Below, one piece after another: positions 50,145 to 61,654 of a stretch of DNA of 64,000 bases (position 1 is the stretch's first letter; each line of letters begins with the position of its first letter). The position numbers and the translations under genes are program-made. The stretch comes from Lama guanicoe. Its lineage: Eukaryota. The stretch is from positions 7,773,957 to 7,837,956 of the forward strand of contig MU053881.1 of the NCBI GenBank assembly GCA_013239625.1, given 5' to 3'. The notes beneath the pieces were generated by a model, which was not told the DNA's origin, ran no database searches, and saw nothing but the letters and a program-made list of their open reading frames with translations.

Positions 50145-50400
50145 GGTGCGTCTCCCAAGTCTGTTCCATCTTAGTGGATGTTCAGGAAAAACTGTCCTGG
50201 TCAGATACATCTGGGAGATATTGTGCTAAAGGAAGTACGGAAGGCTTTTTGATTGTAGAACTTCTCAGAGCCTTTACCAGGTTAATATGCTTTGTAACTC
50301 TCCAAGAGGTGAGAATGAATACATAGGTAGTTCCCAGATATTTTTTGACTGTGGAATCTGTATTCATGGCACATTTGGTGGGACCTGGGTTTTCCAGTAT
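50145..50400. mobile_element. MER103-like hAT-Charlie MITE
   Basis: acttctcagagccttta...ctctccaagagg...ttcccagatattttttgactgtggaa. Confidence 0.7.
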
Positions 50401-51920
50401 TGATGTTGAGAAAATGTGAGGTTAGAACTTTTAAAACATTAGATGAATTTATAGGTAAGATGGCCATTAAAAGACCCTGAAAGAACTATCGGCCGGCAAT
50501 TCGTTACTTTCCCAGGGGACCCTATGCTACTCAAAATGGATCAAACATTTGTCGGTCCAGGTTGGTGATTCTGAGGCCCCAGTTACTTGTGATTACAACT
50601 TGGTGGTCGAAAGCCTTCTTATTATTGGTTCTGATTTGTCGCTAGGGTCCTTCTCCAGGTACTTCCTTCCATTGAGGTCAAGAAGCATTTCAGAGGCTTT
50701 CAAAACACCCCACGCCTTTCTCAAAGCCTCCCCTGATGTGCGAGAGGAAAGGTGGCATTTCCCCTCCGTGCCCTACCCTGTCTGCACTCGCTGGTCCTCT
50801 CCCTTCATGTCCTCACCCACCATCCTCAACACTTCCCCTTTGGCTCTGTCTCTGGGGGGTCCATCTGGCCCCAAGAGCACAGAGAAGCTGCAGGTCACTT
50901 AGGCGTTCTGGGTGAGTTGTTGGAATCCAGATCCCTGCCCGAATCCGACATCCCCACCCTCCCCCATCACTTTGCCGGGGTGGAGGGGAGGTGGAGTGAA
51001 TTCTTCTCAGCTGAGTCCTGTGAGATAGATGCCTACAAATATTCAGCAGCTTCCCCAAAGCAGTGAATATTCATGCCTTCGCTTGGTGGGCTGCATTCCA
51101 GCCTGGGGACAGGGACCTTTCCCCACTCTGCCACCCTGTCCCTTAGGACTGCAGTCTGACCCATGTGTCTCCCGTGGGGGGCCCCATCTTCAGCTGAAAT
51201 CTCTTTCCTGAAACTTCAGATCCAGGGAGTGCTGCACCAGCCTCAGGTCTGCTGCCACCCCTGGAATCTTGGTGTCGGACACTTGCACAGGGTCTCTGCA
51301 AAACACACTCATACTTTCCCCTGCCCTTCCGCTCACACACACGTTTGACCCCTACTGCCTCCATGCTTGTTGCCCGTGCTCATCCTCCCTGCCCAGGATG
51401 CCCTGCCTTCTCTTGCCAGGCCTTTCCGAATCTAGAGACAGCACCTTGAGAGGGAGTTCTAAGTTAGAAGATTACTGCAAACATGAAATGAAGCCATCCT
51501 TATAAAGCACTGAGCGCGCTGCCTGATGTCCAGTAGATGTCAGTTGCTTTATCCAGTCCTCAAGCCTCAGATCCTCCCCATCCAGTGAAGACTGTGGTCT
51601 TCTCACCTGGCGTCAGTCCCCCCAGTTGCTCAGCATGATCCTCAGAGCCACGTGGAGGACACGTTTAGTTATATTTGGGGCACTGTTTCATGGACCGCCC
51701 TTCATCTTTGGCGGCGCCAAGCAGGATGCTCCCTCTATTTCAGCCTTTTTCTCCCAACCGTGCGGTAGACCATTGTGTTGTCTGCCGGGGTTGATGGCAC
51801 AGAATAGCTGCTTAGTTTACTTGTTTGTGTAATTGAATCACCTGATTGGCTTTTAAAAAAAAGAAAGTCACGGATTTGGAAAAATCATCCCTGTTCTCCT
51901 TGCAACCATTCTTTTATTTA

Positions 51921-52225
51921 AAGAGATTGCAAAATGGTGCTCCCTGAGATGGAATTCTACTCGTAGATATATTGTGTTTGGCCTGTAAAATTTGAAGCAA
52001 ATGAGTTGCCTATATTTAAAAATTGAGACATTCCATATAAAAATCCAGATTGCTTGTCCCTCCCCCCAAATTGGGAGCTCTGGCCATAGCACGGGGTCAT
52101 GGTCATCAGAGCCGAGTCTTGGGTGCCCCTTTGAAGGAGCTTGCCTTCTCCAGTTTGCTACCATTCCCATCACTCTCACTGCCCCACGTTGGCCCTGCTC
52201 ATTTATTTTCATAACCTGTGTAGTC
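51921..52225 (+). mobile_element. MER102-like hAT-Charlie MITE
   Basis: gtttggcctg...agttgcctatatttaaaaattgaga...ataaaaatccagatt...tgcccctttga...ctccagtttgctacca. Confidence 0.75.
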
Positions 52226-53413
52226 TTAAATTAGGGCACCATACCGTCTTCATTCCCCAGCAGCCGTGCGCAGATGAGGTGACTAAGGCCCGCCAGGCCA
52301 GGGCACCGACTGGCAGTGATGGTGGAGACCACCGAGGCGGGACGGGCTCCCAGCGCGGCTCCTTTTTCCTTTGTTGCATTTGGAGATTGTCAGAGACTCT
52401 GCTGGATTTTTCCTTGATGCTTTCCATGGCCCCTTCACCCCTAAGAAGTGGGCCGAGCCAACATCATGCTCTCCATCCACAGAACAGGGTGCCCCACAAA
52501 GTGGAGGTCCTCAGATGCTCCTCTTGGGACTCTGAAGGCCAGGAGGTGGGGAGGCAGCATGAGCCTTTCAGATGCGGGTTGTCTGTGTAGCCTGTGGACC
52601 TTCCCAACACATCTGCCACCTCCAGCTCACAGGGCCAAACCCCCTCCTCTGGGTGCAGTCAGGGAGCACGGAGAGAATTCCAGCTCAGCATGCCTCGAGG
52701 AGGCCCTTCCCCTGCATGCCCGTTACCTGGTCCAAGGAAGGGCACGGCTGAGCTGCCTGCCCCACATCGCAGGCTGCCTTCCACCCAGGAGGAGGGCTGA
52801 ACTCCACCTCTGTGGCTAGTCCACGTGGCCTCCAGCGTCACACCGTCAAAATCAGGCCTTGAAGCTCCTCCGCCCGGTGGGGCTTTGCAAATAGGGGGTT
52901 TAGAGAAACACACAGGTCTGTTTTTAATTGAAACAGTGACTTCATTTCATCCCGGAGCCCCTTGGTCAGGGCCCTGTTTTTGCGGTGACACGGCTTCTCT
53001 CTCAAGTTCAGGCCTCTCTGTCTCCAGGTCTTAGTGATGTCGTTGCCGGCAAATGATGGGGGCTGGGGGGTGGGGGTTGCTAATTACTGCCTGGACCAAG
53101 CAGCCGTTCTCTGATAGGCAGCAATTTGTGGTGAGGAGACGTCCCTTGCCAGCGATCCCTCTCTAATTTTCCGCACCGTGAAAACTTCTTCCACTCTCTC
53201 TCATTTGACATCTCTAGGTTCCCTGGGCTCAGGACCTTCTCATGGAAAGGTTTGGGAGAAGCCAGCTAATTTATTTTCCTGAGTTATGTCATTGAAAGCT
53301 GATTCCATTATTTCTTCCAGAAAAAAAAAAATGTGTGCTTTCATACACTTCGTGTGTAGACATACCGTAAAATGCTATATTAATCTGGAAGGGTCCTTTG
53401 AGATCTCCTGGTT

Positions 53414-53601
53414 TAGGCATGGCAAATTGATTACATCTTGAATGCCAACCATGATTAGATAAATGGTGCCCAGGGTAATATGTTGAAAAGGATTCTGAGG
53501 CTGATCCAAGCTCAGGAAGGCGCCCTGGGATATATTACACTCGGTTGGCACGGACCCAGGATGGAGACCGGCAGGATGTTCGCTAGGTACGGCCCTCCCT
53601 G
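53414..53601. mobile_element. Ancient hAT-like MITE (family not named)
   Basis: Ends aggcatggcaaa / ccctccctg; internal tgttgaaaaggattctgaggc. Confidence 0.5.
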
Positions 53602-54019
53602 ATGGCGTACATGCTCCCCGTTTGACAGGTGAGGATCCTGTGCCCAGACACCGAAGGCGACTCGGGTCCTGCTAGCTCTTACGACACCCCTGTGTGTGTT
53701 GGAAAAGGAGCCCCCTCTGAGCTGACAGTGCTTCAGAGTCAGGGGATTTGGGGTGAATCTTAAAGGGAGCGACTAGTGATTCGAGGGTTCCACAGTATCA
53801 CGGTGGAGCAAGCAGAGGCGTAGAGGTGAGTGGCCCCTCACCCTCTGTTCCAGCAAGGTCTCTGGCCAGTGGCCGCATCCCAGGGTCCAGGGAGCTTCTA
53901 TGCAGTTTGTCTCTTGTCACCATTTCCTGTTGGTCCTTGTGAGGATGCAGGCAGGTCAGACACTGCCCCTCAGCCGTTAGGAGTAGCTGTGGAGGTGAGA
54001 GCTGGAAGGGGGAGTCTGT

Positions 54020-54262
54020 ATGACGGAGTGGTTTGAGGCTGAAAGCCAGACAGACCTGAGCTTGCATCCTGAGTCTGCCTCTTTGGGGTCCTGGGCCGAG
54101 TAACATCCTTTCCCGGAGATTCAGTTTTGTTTTCTTTTGTTTGGAAGTAGTACCTACTTCATAGAGCTTTGGTAAAAAGTAAGTGAGATGTTGCAAGCAA
54201 AGCTTCTAGCACAGTGCACAGCATTTAATTAACACTGTCTCAGTAAATGTTTGCTATTTTTA
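54020..54262 (+). mobile_element. MIR SINE
   Basis: agccagacagacctgagcttgcatcctg...tagtacctacttcatagag...tagcacagtgc...tcagtaaatgtttgctatt. Confidence 0.75.
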
Positions 54263-54879
54263 TCATCTGCCTCCGTGGAGCACATTTTCCCCTGTCAAAA
54301 GGCCCCAAGGCAGAGAATTTAGCAGATTATCAAGCAGTCCTGGGGCTCCGAGACTCTGCAGTTTTAGAACAATAGACAGCAAGAAAGTAGAATATGTATT
54401 CTTTTCTAAAAAGTTGTGTTTCATCTAATTAAAAATGATTTGAGTGAACCATTTTGGAAATGCGTACTAAATCACAGTTCTGTAAGACACAGAGCCTCCT
54501 CTCTGGAAACTGTTTTCATTACCGTGAGGTTGTAGAAAGGGGCTGACCTGTGCTCAGAATGAGTGGCCCAGGAGGATGACAAGGATTTGGGTTCTGTTGA
54601 CCGGTGGAACAGGAGAAATGCTTGAAAAGATGAAGACAGACGCCCGTGGGAAATTCCCTCATTATTGCCCATCTTTGTTGCCAGAAACCTCAACAGAACA
54701 TTAACGTCTAGAGCCTCACCATGGAGAGGGCAGGAAGTTCTCGGGTAGTGTTCCAAGAGTTCCACCTCCCCCCAGGCCAGAGCACTTTCCAGCGTTCACC
54801 CAACCTCTGCCCCTCGTCCCCCATCACTCATATCGTTAGTGCTGCTCGAGGCCCAGGGAGGTCCGGGGCGCTAGGAGGC

Positions 54880-55120
54880 AGGTGGCGTGAGCAGGACCAG
54901 TGCCGGAAGCCAGGCTGCCTGGGCTTGCCTGCTACTCATCTTGGGCAGGTTGTTTCACCTCTCAGGGTCTCAACTGTGTCACCTGTGAAGTGGGCGTGAT
55001 GCTGATACGTAGTTCACAAGCTTGCCGTGCAGATGAAATGAGTTAATGCATGTAAGTGTGTGGAACAGGACCTGGAACCAGGTAAGCATTCTGTTATGTC
55101 AGCCAGTATCATTGTTATTA
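54880..55120 (+). mobile_element. MIR SINE
   Basis: cttgggcaggttgtttcacctctc...gatgaaatgagttaatgcatgtaagtg. Confidence 0.75.
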
Positions 55121-55829
55121 ACACAGGGAGATAAGGAAGTCACTTTGGAGAATATTCCGAATTCTCTAAATGCTATGGGAACATACAGAGACTTTTCTGG
55201 ATAGGAAACATCATTTTTCTCATTCTACCATTCCTGAGTTTCTCTTACCTGTGCTTTCAGTGCTATTCCAGGAACTGGGAAAGATGAGACCTGCAGCATT
55301 AGGGAAGGTGTTCTGGGGGGCAGGGGTAGAGGAAGGCACGGAGATTATGGTTACGGATGTTCCCAGCCCTTGGTTAGGTGTTTACTGCCAGGAAGGGTGA
55401 ACTGACTTTATTGAGACCCCACAGCTATGTTGTCATAAGGTCTCACCAGGGTTCAGACAGAGCTGTGTGCAGCCCTAGGACCCAGGCTGGTTCTGCCACC
55501 TTGTATCGCTGCCCTGTTACTGAAGAAGCTCTCCACGGTCCTGCCAACCGCAGTACCGCGATCGCGTACCTTGATGTGTCCGCTGCCAAAGGAAGCATCT
55601 GAGCATGAATACGCCAAGTGAATCATTTACCAGGCAACAGTTTTCTCATTAAGAACATGTGTCAGCAAGTGAATCTGTATCTCAGCATGAACGAGTCCTT
55701 GGGGGGCAGTCATTGGTCTCCATGGAAAAGAAAGCTGGAAACAAAAGCAGTGACCCCAGAAGAGGAGGGGAAGGGGGAGGAGGAGGATAAAGAATGGTAG
55801 TGTTAGCACAGAGGTGAACCTTAGATCAA

Positions 55830-55990
55830 AAGGTGAAAGAACACAGTATGTGGTTTCTGGAGTCGAATCCTGGCTTTGATCTTTACTGTGTGACCTTAGG
55901 CAAGTTACTTAACCTCCCTGTGCCTTTATCTGTGAGACAGGCACGATGATGCTAGTTCTCCCTACCTCATAGGTTTCATGCAGCTGACAA
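55830..55990 (+). mobile_element. MIR SINE (5' part; a 3' part appears to resume at about 56340-56430)
   Basis: ctgtgtgaccttaggcaagttacttaacctccctgtgcct. Confidence 0.8.
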
Positions 55991-55994
55991 ATGT

Positions 55995-56310
55995 CTGTTG
56001 AGAGCACACACTCTGAGCTAGACACTGAGACTCGATCCTGTTCCAGGTGCTGCGGGCACAGCTGGGTTTGAAACAGAGCAAAATATGGGAGCCCTCAAGG
56101 GGCTCGTGTTCCATTGGGGGGATGCACAGGCTAAACACGTTTAACAAATGAGGCAACTAGTATGTTGGATAGTGATACGTGGTAAGAAGAACAATTACAC
56201 AGCGAGGATGATTGCAGATGGCAAGGCGAACGTTAAGAGAAGGTAGCCAGAGGGCCTTCACTGAGGAGGTGATATTTGAGTCATGAAGAAGGTGAGAGGA
56301 GCCACGTGGG
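55995..56310 (-). mobile_element. L2 3' fragment
   Basis: aaatgtctgttgagagcac...gccctcaaggggctc...agggccttcactgaggaggtgatatttgag. Confidence 0.7.
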
Positions 56311-59169
56311 TGATGAAGTGCATGAATGAGTGAGTGAACGGGCTTGTGTGGATGAAATACGACCGTAATATACGTAAAGCTCTTAGATAGCACCTCGTAT
56401 ATAGTATGTGCTCAGTAAGAGTTAGCTATTTTTATATTTAGCAGATGAAGCAGTGAAGTTGCTGCCATGCCCCCTGTTTCTGGTTTTCTGAAATGACAGG
56501 TTGACAACTTCTCATTGCAGACAATTGTGTCATAGGACCTCTCTGGCACCAGCTAAGGCTCGTCACACATATGTGGGTCCTAATTATGTTCCCGTATACA
56601 CGTAGCCCTTTGGAGGTTTTCATATTTGAACATGTTTTGCACCACACGCTCCTGCCCTGTGGGGTAGGTAAGGCAGATGCTCCCAGCTGCCCCATCTTGT
56701 TCAGAAAGGGCAGAGGGATTTGGCATTTCCTGAGCAGTTACTACATGCCAGGTGTGCTGCAATTGCTTTTCATTTATTTGTTGCCTCCCTTCGTCTTCCC
56801 TGGGTCCACAAAGGCATGCACTATTGCTCCTGTTTGAAAGGTGAAAACCATGGTGCAGCTAGGGCTGTGACCCTCCCCGAGAGGCACAGCAGTGCGTGGC
56901 TGGGCCCTGGACATCCTGTGGTACAACATCGTCCTGGCTTGCCTGACCCCCATCTTTGTCTGTGTGTGATCCCTTAGGGGTGCCACCTCGGGGTGGCCAG
57001 CCGTGCACAGGAAACCAGGGGACGGGGGCCTGTGGTCAGCGTGCAGTCAAGTGAAGTGGAAAGCAACCCAGTGAGACAGGCACAGATCCACTAATCCTGA
57101 TGGTTGGAATGCCAGGGATAAATGCAGCCCTGGGTCCGGAAAACAATAGCTCCACATACCAGCAGGAAAGGGCACGATCGTTGTCCCCCAACCCAAACAA
57201 CTGCTCTTGATCCAGCAGAGCCAGGGCCTGGAGCCTTTGGCTGCGTACAGCTCAGGAAAAGGCTGACCCACAAGAGATGAGAGCACGGCCCGGAGGGGAT
57301 GGGAAACAGCAGAAGCCAAGTTTGCCCTCAGTGGCATATACTTTAGGGCTGAGTAACGTAGCAGACAGCCAGTCTCTCTACCATCCCACCCAGAGTGGAG
57401 CACACCCTTGAGCCACAGAGATCATTTGCACTAAAACAATCGGGCAGAGAGGAACCGCAGACTGCTGCTTCTTCAGGAAGGGATTCTGCGGTCCTGAGCC
57501 CCCCACCACCCTCCAGAGCGGGACCTCTGGAAGCGAAGCTTTCTCCAAGGGAGTTGAATCAGCCGGAAAGATTTCAGATCATATTCTCCCTCCCATTGAC
57601 TTATATATTTATTGGTCTTGGTGGGGAGTCTGAGGGTGGTGCTTAGAAGGCCTTCAAGGGAAATCCTAAAACAATAGGCTAGACTTCCAAATATGTGGTC
57701 GTGTTGAGATGTCTTGGGTTGCTTTACCCTGGCTTTGAAAAGGAGCAGCCGAAACATCTTGCTTTGCTAAAATCCTTCCGGAATATGAATCACTGGAGTG
57801 AGGGCTGGGGGAAGCTGGATGCTGTCATGGCTCATCCTGAGATGGGCTGGGTGCCTGTCTCTCCTGGTCTTCTCATTACACTCTGCTCCCTGCCCTGGAG
57901 CTGCTCTCAATGAGCTGGGCCCACAAGTACCACCTCTGCCCAGGCCCTGAAGGAACTACCAGCGCAGAAGTCTGAGGAATTTGCCTTGGTGATTCTGATA
58001 GGGAAAGTCACAGAATTGGAAGAGGATGAGAGGGAACACGTCACCCACCTTCCACGGTCTGGGAGATTGTTCCTGGACATCTTTAGTATTTCCTGATGTG
58101 CCCTGGACAAAGGTAAAAATGAACTTCCCAGATTTTTCACCCTTCCCCTGAGCTAATATCCCACGTTGTCTGTCTGATCACTTTGGTGAGAGTTTAGGTC
58201 TCCAGAACGGCAAAGAAATATGGAAGAATCAGAACTTCAGTTTTTTTTTTTTCAGTTACTTTTCTCAGCAAGTGAGTTATATTTTAGATGTTTGTCCAAA
58301 GAATATCCAAAAGAAAAAAGAAAGAAACAGCCGTAGGGATATCCACAGCCCTCTTCCTCAACACCTGGTGATTAAACAGGGCCTGGCTCGGAGAGCCTAT
58401 GTCTGGGGCCATGATACTGTGGGATCTTGAGCACAGTTTGGGTTTCCTGTGTTTGAGTCTGCACACTCAAGGTGAGAAACGTGCAAGTAAGACAGATTAG
58501 GTCCACTGACTGTTAGCCTGGTTATGTCTTTTTATTTCCCTGTTTAATAATCCATGGCACCATTTTCTTCTTTCCCCTTGTGTCCATCTGTGAGATTTGC
58601 ACCCTGCTTGAAATCAAGCTCAAGTCTCCGTTTTCTGCAAGTCTTCCTCCCTCTGCACAGTCTCCCCACCCCCACCTTAGGTTTCTGTCATGATTTGGTA
58701 ACAAAACCAGTGTCGTCTGGTGACAAATCATAACAATGATCCCAGCCATTTAGTACCTAAGCCGGGCACCATGCAAGGTGGTGGTTCTAATCCCACTTCA
58801 TCCTTAGAGCAGCCCCATGAGGAGGATAGGGCACGTGACTTCACTGATGTCCCGTCTCAGGAGCATGGAGGCCAGGATTTGCGCCCAGCTCTGTTTGACC
58901 CCCCAGCCTCTGACTGCTGATGGTTTTGACTCCTAGCGTGGTCTGCGCTGTTGGATAACTTTGTGCACGTGCTTGTCTGGACTTGATAACTAGGGAATAC
59001 TCTGCAGGCAGGAAGCTCACATTTCTTTGTGTCCTCATGGCATCTGGCACAACACGTGTGTTTCTGTGTGTTGTTTGAGAGGTGTGTGCAGCTTGTGTTC
59101 ACTTTGTACCAATTACCAGGAGACAGGAAGAAAGGGAGACTTGGCTCCTGTAGCGAGAAAACCATGATG

Positions 59170-59299
59170 ATGCATCCCAACATTCTCCTATCACACCCAC
59201 CCCTAGAGATCCTGAGTCGGAAGATCTGGGTGGGACCGGATAATTTGCATTTCTACCAAACTCCTAGGTGGTCTGGGACCTCATTCTGAGAACCACTGT
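59170..59299. mobile_element. MER5A-type MITE
   Basis: cccacccctagagatcctga...aatttgcatttctaccaaactcctaggtg...tgagaaccactg. Confidence 0.8.
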
Positions 59300-60894
59300 C
59301 ATAACAGGAAGTACAACCCAAGTTCAGATCCCAGCTCTGCCACTTACTCTCTGACCACAGGCAAGTTTCTACAACTCTGTGACACCCAATAGAGTTTTCT
59401 CTAAAGAGAGAGTGGTACCCTCCTTAAGCTGTTGTGAAAATGAACAGAATATCACATATACACGCGGTATTTCTCTACCGGATGAGGATGCGCCCTTCCT
59501 GTCCTTTACAAATAGGAATTTATTTAATGCCCATGGCAAGCCTCGGAGGTAATCCTCTTATTTTCTTCGTTGTCCAGAGAGGTGACTGAGGCCCAGAGGG
59601 GTTCTGTGATTTGCCCAAGGTCCCCGAGCTACTCAGTCTGTGGAGCCGGGCGACAGCCCTGGCAGCCTGGCTCCAGAACCGCATGCTCAGTTCCTGCCCT
59701 GTCCTTGGCAAGCGCTCCTTCCCCTTTGCGAGGTGGGCTAGGAATGGGCCCTCCAAAAGGGCAGAGAGACTGGTGTTCTAGTTCGTAGGCATATTAACCA
59801 GAAACAACAGAGAAAAGACAACTCTTCTATGACCACGGCTTGCAAATCACACACTTGACCTCCCTTCTGATATCAACATGGTCGGGCGGGAGTGGCTGTT
59901 TCTCTTTAAACTCCTCTGGCACCGAGGTTTATCATTGCTCAAGAGGAGGGTGCTTGAAAGAAGCCTTGTGGGCTGAAGGAGTGTAGGAGGTGGGTTGCGG
60001 GTCAGTAATAAAAGTGGAGAGAGGTTTGCAGCTCCCCCGCTGAGAGCCTCAGGAGTCTGGCTAGCGGGCGGGGTGCAGAGGCACGGCCTAAGGCAGGGGC
60101 AGTGATGGACAGGGTGGGAGGGGAGCGAATAGTTTCAGCCTGGCCGGGTAACTGAAGCCGAGAGTGCAGGCAGTGGGAGAATTCCAGCTATGTCATGGGA
60201 AATGGCTATGGCCAGGGCTCTGATTAGCAGCCGACCACAAATCCCCTGGGACCCAGCCAAGGGTCAGGAGACTGGGGCGCCACTGGGATGCCAAATGGTT
60301 GCTGTATTTTATTGTCAAAGGAGAAGGAGGCGATTTTGACTGTTATCCCTGGATGTGAGTGCTGGCACTGCCAGGAGCCGAGAGCTGGGTGGGGACGTGG
60401 GAGTGAGAGGGAGGCTAGCAGAATCCACTTTTCATTCCAGAGAACATAGAGGGGAGACCAAGCCACGCTGCTGGGGCTTGGCATGATCTCAAAGCTTTTT
60501 TGGCCACCATCTCTGAAGCTTTTCTGCCCTTTCTTCTCCTCTCTGCAAGGTGAGACATCAAAGTCTCCTGTTGCCGTGTTAGAGACATAAAAGGGAAAAA
60601 ATTGACCTGGATCCTCCCAAGTGTAGATACAATGGAACAGACGGAATAGCAGGGCTCCTGGGAGCACTGAGTTACCAGTGAACCCCAGCAGTCTGCTTGC
60701 TTGACATCTTGGGCTTGGAGCTGAGCAATGAGATGTGGAAAAATCAACTCTCAGAGTAAATGAACTCAGGGTCACAAGGGGGGCCGCTGGAGGAATGGGT
60801 TTGTGTCGCTTGATTCGTTCCCCTGGCTTATCTCAAGGCCTGGCACCATAAAGCCCTTATAAGTGTTTGTTGACTGAATGAGGGCTGATTGATT

Positions 60895-60948
60895 AATCGA
60901 TTGATTATGTTCAAGAGGGTAAATCGATTGACTATGTCCAAGAGAATA
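60895..60948 (+). repeat. 2 x 27-bp tandem duplication
   Basis: aatcgattgattatgttcaagagggta / aatcgattgactatgtccaagagaata (23/27 identical). Confidence 0.85.
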
Positions 60949-61099
60949 ATGGACTCGAAAAGAATCTCAGCCAACTTCTTAGAAATGCCTCATGAAGGAA
61001 AGCTTTCTCTGAACTCATGGCTTTGTGTGACTACGGAAGGAAGTCTCTCAGCCAAGCCTCTTTTGGGGGGGATTTCAGTAGGTTTCACATTACACTGTT

Positions 61100-61270
61100 G
61101 AGGTTAATAGCTTAGGCCCTAGAGTTAGACTAAATAGATTTGTACTGGGCAGAGGAGGTACGTAACCTCAGGCAAGTCACTTAACGTCTCTGAGCAGTAG
61201 TTTTCTCAGTGTTATAAAATGAGGAAAAGGGTAAGTAGTACCTTCCTCTTCCAGTTCATTAGAATAATCT
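61100..61270 (+). mobile_element. MIR SINE
   Basis: aacctcaggcaagtcacttaacgtctctgagc...tataaaatgagg. Confidence 0.75.
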
Positions 61271-61309
61271 TTGTGGTAGACCCATATCAGTGCACAGTAA
61301 TTACAACCC

Positions 61310-61640
61310 TTTGGTTCACTGAGGATTACAATCAATTGCAAGGAATAGAAAACCACATGGTAACAGGGTTTAAACAATGTAGAGAGTTATTTTTCTCTAA
61401 ACTGAGAATCCGTGGAGAGGAAGTCTGGAGTTGCTGCAGCAGTTCTGTGCTAACAGCTACTCAGAGAGCCAGGTTGCTCTAGCTTTTTCTTCCATTATCC
61501 CCGTGTTTAGGCCTTACCCTAATAATCTAAGTTGGTATGGCAGCCCTTAGCGTACATTTTCCAGGAAGCAGAATGGAGGAAAACCCAAGGAAGGAAAAGA
61601 ACGCATGCCAGTTGCATCTTAAGTAGAGTAGCCACATAAC
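61310..61640 (-). mobile_element. Old MLT1-type LTR fragment
   Basis: ttgcaaggaatagaaaacc...gggtttaaacaa...gttatttttctct...ttccaggaagcagaatggagg. Confidence 0.55.
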
Positions 61641-61654
61641 AATTCTCCTTGCAT

